NCBI GenBank assembly: GCA_001179505.1
Contig: CDMY01000332.1
Location: 1-64,000 of the forward strand
Direction: 5' to 3'
DNA from: Vitrella brassicaformis CCMP3155
Lineage: Eukaryota; Protista; Chromerida
DNA length: 64,000 bases
The first letter of the stretch is position 1. Every line of letters begins with the position of its first letter. The translations under genes were made by a program, and so were the position numbers. The notes beneath the pieces were generated by a model. It saw nothing but the letters and a program-made list of their open reading frames with translations. It did no database searches and was not told the origin of the DNA. This document shows positions 24,301-36,627 of this stretch, piece after piece.

Positions 24301-27300
24301 TTCTTCTGGACCTCTTCCTCTGTTCGATTCTCGTTACGATACGAGAGGATGTACTGACAATCGCTTTACTGATTCAAGCTGCACGAGGACCGTCGATGAG
24401 AAGATCTATAGCTGCGCGCCCGACCAAGGGACGGGCATCGGCGTGCAAGTGAAGGTCGAGTACGATTCAGCAGCACTCGATAGCAGAATCACCCATGGCT
24501 TCTTTGAGCCCTTGGCGTTGGCGAATGTCTTCATCAAAGGGGCGGTCTGGCAAGTCTATCCCCCTGAATGCGCAGGTACTTAAGCCGTACGATGATTCAA
24601 ATATATGTGGATCAGCTTATCCTCTGTTTTCTTCTGGTAGAACAGGCAGCATTGTCTTTGTCGAAGGTAGCGGATAGCGTGGGTGACGGCAGGAAACCGT
24701 CTCTGCTGTGCCGTGATTTGATGCAGGCGATCTTCTTGTTGGAGTGGGCTTTCAAAACAACTTCATACAGCCACAAGAAGGCCGGGGTTACTTTGGAGAT
24801 GAGGTCAACACTCAGCTCGATGATTTGATATTTGCACGGGGGCAAGAGGGGCAAGAGGGGCTTCATTTCGGCATTCCAGAGGCGCTGCTGACTTCAAGCG
24901 TGCGGCTGATGAAGGTGGAATACACTCTACTGAGTCTTGCTGAAGAAGCGACGATTGAAGCATGCTTCAACGCAAACAAGTCCAGAAAGGTCTCAACGAA
25001 GGATCTTGTCTTTCATCCGGACGGCCAAACAAAAACAAAGATCTCATACTTTGATGTGTCTCGATTTAACGGTGATCTCCAGGTAGGCCGTGTATGTGTG
25101 TGCACTGATTGCAGGGACTTTTTTTGTTACTCTTGCATATGCGTATTTTGCAGGAGATCCAGTCCGAGTCTTTTGGTGCTCCACTGCTGAACGATGATGA
25201 GCTTGGGCTTAAGTCTTTCTTGCACATTGACTCGAATATCGAAGGCGACATATTTAGCCTGAGTTCGTCTGTATTACTCGGCAACCTTACCAACTTCTGC
25301 GACGAGACCAACAAGAGTGAGCAGGCCACACGAGCATGCAAGCGATCGTGTTTCTCTGCCACTGTATTTGCCTGCGTGAATGTGTACGCTCCAGTTTTGA
25401 TTCAGTGCCAACCTGCGAAGCGGCTGCAGCTCGTGGCAGACCATGGATCGAGGGCTGCTGATGATGAACTTGTCAACTCCATCGCAACTGTGGTGTCATC
25501 AGGCGCTGGCTTTGACTACATTGCCAATCTCACCGCCCCTCCGGGCTTTGATTTGTCGTGCAACATCAGCGAAGCATCGGAGATTTTTCGGCTGACAATG
25601 TCGAACAGAGAGGGTGGACACCTCGTGTACGCCGACACGGCGTACATCGACCATGACATTCAGAATTATCTGATTCGTACTGTGCCGTTGAGTGTTGGCT
25701 TTAGAAGAGCGAATGGGGAGACGGGAAAGGTAGACGCCCTCTGTCCTGTGGCAATCGACTGCTGTAAGGAAACATAGGGAAACATCGGCTAAGAACACCA
25801 CTTATTTCTTGTGTGTCCGTGAATGTGTATCAGTGCTGCCGGAGAGGGCACCACGGCCTGTTTTCGACCCAAGTCCTGACAACACGTCCATTGCGAGACC
25901 CCCCCGGCCTCCGGCTTCTACACCGCTGCCCGGGAGAGATGATTTCTGTCCAGGTAGCTTCAAGGAAGCAGACAGGGCCTTGTAGCAAGGGACGGTTACC
26001 TTTTCCTCTTCCCTTTTTAGAGCCGCTGCTCTTCGAAGCAGCGGGCAATCTCTCAACACTGCAGGACCTGCGGCTCCCCACCGGTCTACATCCCCACGTC
26101 ATATGGAATGCTCGATCTATCAGTCCCTTCATTGTTGTGGCGCTAGACGCCGGAGAGGATGGGGTTGCCACCCTATCAGTTGTGGATCTCTTAATATTCG
26201 GCAATCGTGTCATTGGGGAGTAATCCGTGACCTGCTAAAAAAGAAAGAGGCTTCCTGTGTCATGATTAATACACATGTGCTGCAGGGAAAGAGTGACTGT
26301 CGAAGCCGTATCTGATTTTACATCTGGTACCTTCGAGTTGGTCGTCGTAGTGCTGACACGAAACATCAATGGAGCTGCTGACGGCATCGGCATACAGGTA
26401 TATGACGATAGAAGCAAAAGAGTCACACGAAACTGGCTGGCTTCTTCGTGCCCTGCCTGTCCTCCAGGCCTTGTGTGTCAATGGCCCATGCAATGCCAAG
26501 TTGGTTGTATTTGAGCACACTGGCGATTGCATTCCAAGAGCAGTCGATGGGAAGGTGTTCGGTGTGAGTGAGACTATCGACTTAGAGGCTCTCCCGCTTC
26601 TCCCTTCTCCTCCGGCGCCTCCAGGAGGTCGTCTGCCGAGACCGTGCCCAGGCAAGCGCAGGAAATACACTACTGCACACATGCCTGCTTGGAATACGTG
26701 CAGGTTCCCTTTTGGGCCCAATCAACGGCTCGCTGGAAGCGGGGAACCCGACGAGCATTGATAGTATATCTGGTCCTTTTCCTGCTTGCTTCGTCATCGT
26801 GGCTTTGGATTCACTCACTATGGGTGATAGTGACTTATTCGTATACAACCCGTCCACAGGGTAAGGAAAGGTAGCAGTTGGTGTGCAATAGACTGAATGA
26901 TGCATCCGTACAGGGACGGCGTCATTAGCGATAAAAAAAGTGATGGTATAATAGATAGTTACGAGGATGTGGTGGTGGTTGATGTCTGTGCTTTTGGAGG
27001 GAGTTTTTCCTTTGGTGTGAGCGATCGCTTCAATGCCACTCTAAGGCGGAAAAGAATGCTATGCGTGCTCTTCTTTCAGGTGTCATGTTACTCCGGGCCT
27101 TGTGAATGGGTGCGCATTGAATGCGTAGCAAAGAGAATACCTTTGTTGCTATATTTCCTCTCCTTTGTTTCTTGCAGGAACTTATTCCTTTCGATCATGA
27201 CGGCAATTGCATGCCCTCGCTGCCTTACGGGGTGAAAGTGATTGGGATCGATACCAAAATCGATCCGACACTTCCTGTTTTCCCAGGACGCTGACAGCTA

Positions 27301-27426
27301 CACGCTGAGTCTTCTGCTGTCAAGAGAGTCTTTTACAAGTAGTGAGTTTGCGTGCGTGCATGTGATTTTTCCCTATTTAAGAATCTGCACCTCAACACAG
27401 ACATCGAGATGGAATTCCCTCTTTGA
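21397..27426 (+). CDS. Very large (roughly 1400-1500 aa) secreted Cys-containing, beta-rich protein of unknown family; about 20 exons, some boundaries uncertain
   Basis: Signal-like MPSRFRLTLVSTCLFAFLRAWLLELRVAVDA. Long ORFs (21899-22660, 22741-23136, 23189-24583, 24744-25190, 25109-25777, 26369-26761) are each bounded by splice sites and can be chained in phase to a TGA at 27424-27426. Many N-x-S/T sequons. Confidence 0.72.
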
Positions 27427-27719
27427 GTGGGCGACACACGCACATGCAATTATACATGTATGTGAGGAGAGCTGTGGGCTATGGACTGTGGTGCTGTATG
27501 CGCGTAGTGGCGCCACCTGCGTCAGTCAATGCACCTGTTCTCAGACACAATAGATCTATGCTCAGACCTCCCCCTGTCGTCCACCCAACCAAATGTCGTT
27601 CACATACATGGATTGACGAAGGTATGGAGTCCATCAAGCCATACAGTGACAACCATACCTTACCGAGAACCACTCTCGCCTCTCTCTTTCTCTCTCTCTC
27701 TCTGTCTGTGTGTGTGTGT

Positions 27720-28612
27720 TGTGATTGATGTGTTGTGCTGTGTGGTGTCAGGTTCATGGATGTGCTGTCGGGGCTGCCGCAGTGATGGAATGGCACACAC
27801 ATGACGGACGGCCACCGAGTGAATGCGATGCATGCCGTTCCGTTCCGTGCCGTGCTGTGCTGTGGAGTGAGTGAATGACGTACTCATAAGTACAACCAAT
27901 ACATCATTAAATGTGGTGTGGTAGTGGAAGGGGAGGGGGTGGGCTGGTGGGTGTGCAGCTTGTCGGCTCGTGAGTGAATCAATCGATAAGCCTGAGTCCC
28001 GTGCGTGTGTGGGTGGGTGAATGCAATGCAATGCAATGTGTGAGTTTGTTGAGGATGGACGTGCAAGATGGCTGGATGGCTGCGAGGCTACACCACCTGG
28101 GTGTGCATTCAGTCTTGGTGTTTGGGGAGTGTCTGGCAAGGATGGACGCCGGACAAAAGACAGACAGACAGATAGACAGACAGAGACAGAGACAGAGGCA
28201 TTGACAGGGATGATTGATGAAGGCATCCACGCAGTTCTGGTCCGTCCGTACAGCGCCAACCATGCGCACAGCCAGCCAACACACACAACACATGCATCAC
28301 TGTATCAGTCAGAGCAGACAGGCAGCCGGGCAATCTGATGGAATGAATGTGTCTGAGGCAGGCAGCACACGACAAGGGTGGCATATTACACCACATCCTT
28401 GCAGACGGGCACATCCATGCAGGCGGGCACGGCAGTCAGGAGGGCAGTAAGGGGACATCAGGGAAGATATGGGATCGATGCATCCGCGTGTAAAAACGAA
28501 AAGACTTCTCCGTCTGTGGTCTTAGACCACCCCCCCAGAGCATGATACACACCACCACGACAGACACCAAGCCAAACGAGCTGCAGGCAAACAAACAAGA
28601 CAGACACACGAT
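27720..28612. repeat. Direct duplication copy 2, including an orphan copy of the carrier terminal exon (FMDVLSGLPQ*)
   Basis: Matches 18500-19335 with substitutions and microsatellite length changes. No upstream carrier exons precede it. Confidence 0.92.
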
Positions 28613-28799
28613 GACAGCAAACACACAGGAGGCATGCTCGGTGTGTGCGTGTGACAGAAAATTCACAGAGACACACGCATATATACAATCACCCCTACGC
28701 AAAAGCCACAGATATGCACTGGTTTCTTCGACTTTCTTCGACCGTTTAACTTTCTGTTTCACCGAAACCCTGCTCCCTGAAACCGCTGCGACTCACACC

Positions 28800-29951
28800 A
28801 TGGCCACAAGCAGCACCGCTGAGAGGACACATCAAAGATGGCTTTTATCGTTCCTTTCGGCGGCGCTCTCAGCGTCAACGTGGTGGCAGTGCACAGCGCT
28901 TCATGGGAGGTTGGTACATCCTTCAACGACGGCAGCAAGATCAACTCCGCATCCTCCCGCATTCAGCATGACACCGCTGCCGCACTTACCGTTCATCGCT
29001 CCGTCTGGTCCAACGAAGCGACGACATTCTGGCCCTTCCCGTGTGCATGCCCACGCTGGTGATTCGGAGAAAAGGCGGGCACGGCTTCTTCGTCGGCTGC
29101 CGTTCGCGCCCGCCTCCGATGCGTCTGACTCATCGCTGAAGGGCATGGCCACCACAGCGACCGAAGAGGAGGTGGTCGCTGCAGCTCCACCTGCTGCCTC
29201 TTCATTAGTGCCTACGACAGAAGGCACGCGGCTGACACTGTATGCCGAGAGGAAAGGGAGCCTTGCATTCGAGGAGAACGAGGGGGAGAGGAGTCTTCGG
29301 GGTGAGGGACGAAGGAAGGCACACTGACTGTCTGCCTCATGTACTGCCATTCGTGTGTGTGTGTGTGTGCCTGCCTGCTCAGAGTACCTTTCTCTACCTG
29401 CCGAGGAATACTCTGTCCTCGACCCTCAAGCAATCACCCGTATCAACGCGACGGCTTTCATCTACACGATGCAGCCCTTGACCTTCCTCTCCCTCAAGGT
29501 GGCGCCAGAGATGCTTGCAATCGTCGATGTGGATGCCTCCGTCCCCTCATCCCTAATCCGAGTGGTGGATGGGCGCATCGGCATGAAGGGCAGTGAGGCA
29601 TTGAGTGCCGGGATGCTGTCGTCTGCACAGAGGGCTCTCAACAGCGTTACCATACGCTCCTCCAACCTGTCCACCATCTCGGCCGACCGGGTGAAGTGCA
29701 AGCGGACAGGCAAGGAGAACCCTATTGTTAACTGCGAAACACGGCTGGAGGTCTCGTTCACCATCAGCAACTCGAGCCTCGTCCCGCCCGAAGTGGTGCT
29801 GCGAGCAGGCACCTGGTGTCTGCAGAAGACACTCAATCGGCTGGTCCCTGCATTCCTCGGCCGGCTACGTGCTGACTACAGGCTATGGGCTGTGGGCGAT
29901 GATAGCCGCACGCCGCCGGCCGTCTCGGGAGGCATGGGGGGGATGGAGTGA
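28800..29951 (+). CDS. DUF1997-family protein, probably plastid targeted; exons 28800-29301, 29383-29951
   Basis: SLREYLSLPAEEYSVLDPQAITRI..F and GTWCLQKTLNRLVPAFLGRLRADYRLWAVG resemble DUF1997 ends as recalled. The N-terminus has a hydrophobic signal followed by a P/S/R-rich transit-like segment. Confidence 0.8.
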
Positions 29952-30382
29952 CCTGAAGCCCAGCCTGTCTGCCAGTGCGAGGGGCGGGGCAGGCAGTTTG
30001 GCACAGAGGCGTCTTTTTGGTCCTCTGCCTGTGCGCTTGGTTGGCTGAGGAGAGGGAGGGAGGGAGAGATCATCCAGTCAGATGCCTGCAGGCAGTTTTG
30101 GTGCCGCGGTGGGTCCTTTGGTGGGGATTGGGGAGTGATATCTGCTGGTGGCTGTACATGTATTTGTGGTGCGACGGCGGCATGCACCATTTAGGTCGGA
30201 CCACTGAGATCCTGATGGGATAAAACCTTGCATTCCATGCGCCATTCATGCTTCATCTCAACGGCAGTCGACACACACGACTCGGAGTGACTCCGGAACC
30301 GGGGGGCGCCCCCAGTCTTCAAGTTGTCGCGTCGCGAAAGTTCATTCAGTGCTGGAAGACATTCACTAGAGCTCAGTTGACG

Positions 30383-33300
30383 ATGGCGTCTCTGCCGAAC
30401 GGTGCCAATGCCAATGCCAACGACATCATCGAACTGGAGGGTGGGAGGACACGCAGTGGCACGAGGAGAGAGCCTCCTCATTTGGCCAGTGCGAGTGCCG
30501 TCTCTCTTTGTGCGTGCGTGTGTGTGTGTTGCATTGTCATGCATTCAGAGGAGATAGATGAGGACTACGAGCCGTCTCAGGAGGAGATCCTCGAGTATGC
30601 CGAGTGGCTGGGCATGGACAAGGAGGAGGACAAAGACCTGCTTTGGATTGCCAAGGAGGCCCTCAAGGCGCCACTCCCGGCCGAATGGAAGCCATGCCAG
30701 ACCAGCAAGGGCGGAGAGATCTTCTACTTCAACTACCGAACACACGAGAGCCAGGTCAGGCAGCCCACACACATTCACACGCGCAGCTAGTCATGGAGAC
30801 GGGCCGATAGACACGCCCTGGAGATTGTGTGGCTGTGCGCACGTGTGTATCTTATCTTGTGTGTGACGGCCTGCAGTGGGACCATCCATGTGACGCATAC
30901 TACCGCAAGCTGCTGCAGGACTACAAGGCCAAGAGAGCCAAAGCCAAGGGGGAGCCAGACAGGGGGGACGCGGCAACCAGGAAGAGCAAAGACAGAGACA
31001 AGGGCGACAGAAAGAAGAAGAGCAAGAAAGCCAGGCAGCAGGGCGGCAAGGAGACACCCAAAGACGCCGACAGCAGTGCGTCAGGGGCGAGCAGCGGCCG
31101 GGGCGGTGGAAAGCCGCCTCTCCCAGACCTGCGGCTACCAGTTCAGTCCAAGCAAGGCACGCTTTTCGGCAAACCTGACGACTGGCTGCTCAAGTCGTCA
31201 CCCAGAGAGGAGGAAGAGACACCGGCAGACAAGAGCGCTGCGTCGAGCAAGAGGGGGAATGCAGAGGACGAGAGGCTGGCTCGCGAGGTCCTGAATGACA
31301 TATTCCAGCTGGGCAGGGGCAGGGCTGAGGGCGGAAAGGGGGCGGCCTCCAAGGGGTACCGGAGAGGCAAGCCGGAGGAGACAGACTCCTGGAGCAGCTA
31401 TGAGTCGGACGAGAGCGACGAGCCGCTTCCGCCTGACGAGGACCCGGCTAGAAAGGCCATGGCGTCAGTACCCGTCTTGCCAACAGCCAAGACGCAACAC
31501 CCTGACGCCACGAAAACCCAAGGCGATATCGCAGGCGAGCTCAAGACGCCAAGGGGAGTCCCGCAAATGAGCCCTCGGCCAAGGGAGAAGGAGAACGGAC
31601 CCGGTGTGGACAAGGGTCTTCCCCCGAAGACCCCAAGAGAAACGAGCAATGAGGCCTCAGTCCGTGGCAGCAGCGTCGACCCCGAGGGTGACTACGGCGT
31701 GTATCGCGTGGCTGAGGGCATGTCAGAGGATCCCATCCAGAAGGCCATCGCACATCTGTTCGCCTATGAGCGGCGCAAGTCTGCCGACAGGGGCCAGGGA
31801 GTTGGGGAGCCCACCGCATCGCACGACCAGGGGATGCGCAGGGCGGAGCTGCCACGTCGCGACAGCGAGCCGCTGGATGTGATCAAAGAGGAGCCTGAGA
31901 AAGAGGAGGCCGAGGAAACCGAAGACGAGAGCGAGAGGCCACCAACATCGACCGCCGAACCGCCAGCCATGTTTCAGCAGGCTGTGTCCATCGACGAGCA
32001 GCGGCCCGACGTTCCCCCTGAGTCGGCAGGCAAGCCGGTGGACATCGCTCCCACTGTTGGTGCCCCAGTGCCTGTCGAGCATCATGACGAGCCACTGGTG
32101 TCTCCGCGCCACGTGTTGCAGCCATCCGTGTCTCGGCCAGCTCTTGCCCCCTTTCGCCCGGACCTTTCCCCTTCTGGCAGCATTCCATTGCCCGTGCCTG
32201 ATGCCACGGCCAAGCCGGTCGGGGGGCTGGATGTGCCACCTCCTCAACCATCAGCGCAGAGCACCATGGCGCCGTCAATCTCGAGGCCATCGACAGGTGA
32301 AAGCGAGTGGTGACCTCGTGTGTGTCCCTGCATGCGCTCCTCAATTGCGTGCCTGTGTGTGCAGGAATGACAATCGCAATGGACGGTACAGCGCCTCCCG
32401 CCGCCCAGCCTCCTGTTCAGCTGTCTGCTCGGCGAGAGGATCACGTGCATGATAAGGGCGATGAGGGGAAGGGTTACGTGTCTCGTGATGAGGATGAGCC
32501 AACCAGGACCACACAGAGGGCATGGGAGGCACCCGGGGCCAGCTCAACTGACGCATCAGAGGTACCAAAGACAGAACCTCATCTATGTGGAGCAGCAAAT
32601 CAGTATCTGCCATCCATCCATTCCACGTGCAGACTTTCTTGCAGACGACCACGTCCTCCACACACACCGGCCGCGCTTCCCCCGACACCGATGCCCCCCC
32701 TCGGGTGCCGTCCTTCCCCCTCCATCCATCCGTCTCCCCCACCATACCGCCCTACCCACTGCACCCGGGCTTCCAAACCCCACGTGCACCCGAAGCCGGC
32801 ACCTATGGTCAGGGGACCACCGACACCGCTGAGTTGGTGCGGCTGGTGCAGCAGCTGCTGGGGGGCATGGCTGGGGGGACACTGGGGGGCGGCGGTGTGG
32901 GGTGGCAGCGTGAGGTGCAGTGGTCGATGCAGCAGATGAGGGAGGAGATCGTGCCCGCCGTGAGGCGACTGTCGGACAAAATCGACGTCAACATGAGGCT
33001 GCAGGAGGAGGTCAGACGCAGAAGGCCTTGTGTCTCATAGGAAATTGTGTGTGTGCATCCGTCTTGTCATTGTGTGCAGGTTCATGAGTTGCGTCAGCTG
33101 GTGAGGACGCTGCGGCTGGAGTTGGATGAGTACAAGGCGGAGACACACCTCACGCGCATGAAAGAAAAACTCGCTAGCGTTGAGCCCGCAAGGCACCCAC
33201 CACCACCACCACCACCCGCACCGGTGCCAGCTTCGGCATCCATGCCCGCACCAGCAGCAGGCCAAGACAGTGGACAGGTCGCGTCAGTCAATACTACACC

Positions 33301-34474
33301 CCGAAAACCTCCCTCCCCTCATTTGTGTGACATGATGCTCTGCTTTTTCTTGTTTGTTTTCAGCTAACCTCTGATGTGTTCCCGACCTACCGCCTGGTCC
33401 CTGAGCTGCCAGCAGCAGAAACATCGTCCTCACCCCAGTACATCTTCTCGCGGTCGCCTGCGTCCCCCTCACCTCGACTGGCGGCTGTCCTGGAGACATC
33501 GTCCACACAACCACCGCCGCCCATGCCCACCATGACGCGGTCAGAGGGTGACCGGCTGCTGGTCGTGCCGCCACTGCATGTCAGCGGGCTGTCGTCCGAG
33601 AGGAGCACTGGGCGACCGCCTCTGCTGCTTGGTAAGGACGGCCACTTGGCCTTTGGAATGCGAGCTGATGTGCGTCTGTGTTTTGGTGTGTGTTCAGGGA
33701 GCGCCCGGGCGGCGCCAGTGAGTCAAGCATCGGCGTACTCGTATTCTGCGTCGCATGTGTCGCCTCGCGAGCGGTGGGCTCTGCCCACCTACTGGGCCAC
33801 ACGGAGGGACAGGGGCTACACACACACTATAGGCAAGACAACCCTCACAAGGAGAAGCCCGGCAGCAGGTGAGGCAACCACCACCATTAATAAATATCTG
33901 CATGTACACGGCATACACAATCCACTCTTCTGTCTGCAGGCTACTCTCGCCCTTCGCACCAGCTGCTGAAGCCCGCCGGCTACTTGACTGAGCGGCGGAC
34001 GACCGAGGAGACCCTCGAGCAGGCAGCAGCAGCCGCGGTCTCAGTGTCAACCTCTGCTCGACGAGACACCGACGAGTGCCTCATGACGGCCGCATCCAAG
34101 CTGGAGAGGCGCAAGATGGAGCTGAGACATGAGCGGGACGCCCTGATGGCCGATCGGTGGCGGTGGGAGAGGGACATGGAGTCGTGCATGGGCCGCATGA
34201 AGGCGTCAATGAGTGAGTCGTCTCGGCGTGATGCCAAGGTGGAGTATGACCTGCTGGGGGAGGTGCGGGGGGTGCTGGAGAGGAGGACTGAGCAACTCAA
34301 CGAGGCCATGAGGTCGGTGAGGGGGAGACAGGGGGAGACAGGGAGAGACATGCAAAAGAGAAAGATCGGCCTTTGTGTGACTATGTGACTGTATGATTAT
34401 GTAGGGACGCCCGTCGTGGTGAGGAGAAGCTGAGGGAATGGAGGGACAGGCTCGGGCAGGTCAGCACTTACTGA
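30383..34474 (+). CDS. CEP164: CEP164-like WW-domain centriolar protein with C-terminal coiled coil; ~10 exons
   Basis: EEIDEDYEPSQEEILEYAEWLGMDKEEDKDLLWIAKEALKAPLPAEWKPC...YFNYRTHESQ|WDHPCD is the CEP164 N-terminal WW module. There is a long disordered middle and a coiled-coil end (LERRTEQLNEAMR) with stop at 34472-34474. Orthology is inferred from the N-terminus only. Confidence 0.85.
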
Positions 34475-35041
34475 CAAAACACAAATCCATTGCTGATCTG
34501 ATCGATCGTCATTTTTCCGTCGGTGTGTGCATGTGTCGTGTGTTGTGCCCGCAGCATACGTCGAGCAGTGTTGCTGCCGCAGTCTGACGTGTCATCAAGT
34601 AACTTGGAGCATTTTTTGCTTTCCACCGATCGAGCGATGACACACATATACACTTGCGTGTGGTCGGCCAGACGGCCGTCTCCGTCTTCATAAACCAGTC
34701 ATCTTTGTATGTGCTGGCTGCACTATCATTTGTCTCATCGATTGACATTGCGCAAAGAGACGGTCTCAGAGGAAAACACACCCAGAAATATAAAGTGTAG
34801 GCAGCAATACAACCAATGCATTCGTGTCCGCCTCTCTCCCTCTTTCCCTCCCTCAGGCCCACCCTCTGCTCCGATTCTCAGTTGCCTGAAGGGTCTCTTG
34901 CTCCGTCATACGAGCAAGAGTTGAAACATACGCACGAGGGATATGTAGGGAATCGTCCAAAGGACGACCCTACGCAACGGCACCACAACCCTCACTACCG
35001 ACCCTCTTGTCACTACTTCTACGGGTATCGTTTCCCCTCCT

Positions 35042-36330
35042 TTAGTAGCCCATGTTGTGTCGCACGTCCCGCGCCGTGTCTGTGATGCGCAGCCGCCCCA
35101 GTATGCACCGCAGCTCGTGCAACACCGCTGTTTCGATGCCATGCTCGAGCGGGTTGTCATCGGGCGGTGGCGGCAGGGGGTGGGCGGCCAGGAGGGGGGC
35201 AATGATGTGGTTGAGCTCCTTGTTGGTCAGGTCATACTGCTGTGGCACCTGCCCCCCGTTGGCCTGGCTCACGCGGAGCCCGAAGAGGGCACAGCGGTTC
35301 GTGTAGAGGTAGTGGCGCTCGGCAACCTCTGCAGTGTTCTGGCACTGACACGCACACACACACAGTGAGACACACAATTGTGTCATTCAAGTGTCATTGT
35401 CCCTGCTCATTGCCCGTGGTCTGTGTGTGTGTGTGTGTGTGTCTGACGGATGGCGATGATTTGCTGGAATAGCAGCTGCTTGAAGTTGTTGTCCATCCGA
35501 CGCGCCCTATTGACCAGCCTGGTGGTCTCTGCCCGTCTCTGCTGGGCCGTCATGCCACTGTCGTAGAGGTGACGATTCACCCCCCTCATCGCCGACGATT
35601 CACCCCCCTCATCGCCGCCCGTTGCGCATTGTTGAGCCCAAACACCTGCCGGAAGAAGAACCTCCTCGGCACCTGGGTGTCTGGGCCCTGCGCCATCCTA
35701 ATGAAGAGCACCCCGCCAAGGTAACGCCACATGATCTTGCGCGTCCCCTGGGCGAGCTGTGGCTGGCGGGGCAGGGCAGCGATGATGAGGCGGGCGATGG
35801 GCACACCGACGCAGCAGAACCACACGTATAAACGAGAGCGCAGCTCTGATAGACAGTGTTGTGTGTGACGACTGTTGTGTGTCCCATCCATAAGTGGAGA
35901 CCTACCATGGCAGGGTTGCGGCCGCCATACGTGGCATATCGCGTTGATAAATATCCGCTCATAACTGACCAAGCAACAAAAGCCATGCGCAAAATGTGTC
36001 AATCTCTGGGCAATGAGCTTCTTGAGTGCATACTTCCATTGCGCATCTTGTCCGATTGTGTTGCCGTTGGCCTGCAAGTAGTCGACTATGTCCATCACGT
36101 AGTGGGCCAGGATGATGGTAACGTGCTGCATGCAGACCGGCAAAAAGGGAAGAACACACATCAATAAGTCAAGCATGAAAGACATGGCGCATTGGATCAT
36201 CCATCCATCTGATAAGTGACGCTCAATGACCGGGCATCGTGACGCTGTGTGGGCGAGGGCGACAGCTGTTGAGCTCTACGGTATCAGCAAGAGCGACAAA
36301 GGATGGAGAGTAGGTCACCAAGAAGAATGG
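35042..36330 (-). pseudogene. Disrupted gene: in-frame TAG in the first exon plus a 23-bp frameshifting tandem duplication
   Basis: Frame HPLSLLLIP*SSTAVALAHTASRCP|HVTIILAHYVMDIVDYLQ... runs to RAAMRGVNRRR*, while the shifted frame resumes MRGVNRHLYDSG. The duplication is at 35571-35616. Confidence 0.6.
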
Positions 36331-36627
36331 ATGAGTCCAGGATGACAGCCGTTCCGAACACAAAAAGCGACAGCCCCAGAAATGATACCTACATGCGCTC
36401 GACACGAAAGCAGGGCAGGTCCCTCGAAGGTGATGCCTTCTCCTTTGACTCCCTTACATCTTTCCATGGATTGAATATCCCTGCTGTTTTCTTCATTTTC
36501 TTCTCTTCCTTGAACTTCGGCTGTGTTCGCTTTTCGCGATCTGCATAAAGAAAGAAACGCAATCGATATGGCAGCTATTATGGCTACAATGCTCTGCACT
36601 GGTGACCACCTTCCTTGAAGGCCGTCT

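Noticed and set aside
21136-28789. 19-bp inverted match as terminal inverted repeats of a DNA transposon
   Set aside because: The matches do not coincide with the cassette boundaries, there is no target-site duplication or transposase, and a related motif occurs at 2648. A promoter motif is the simpler explanation.
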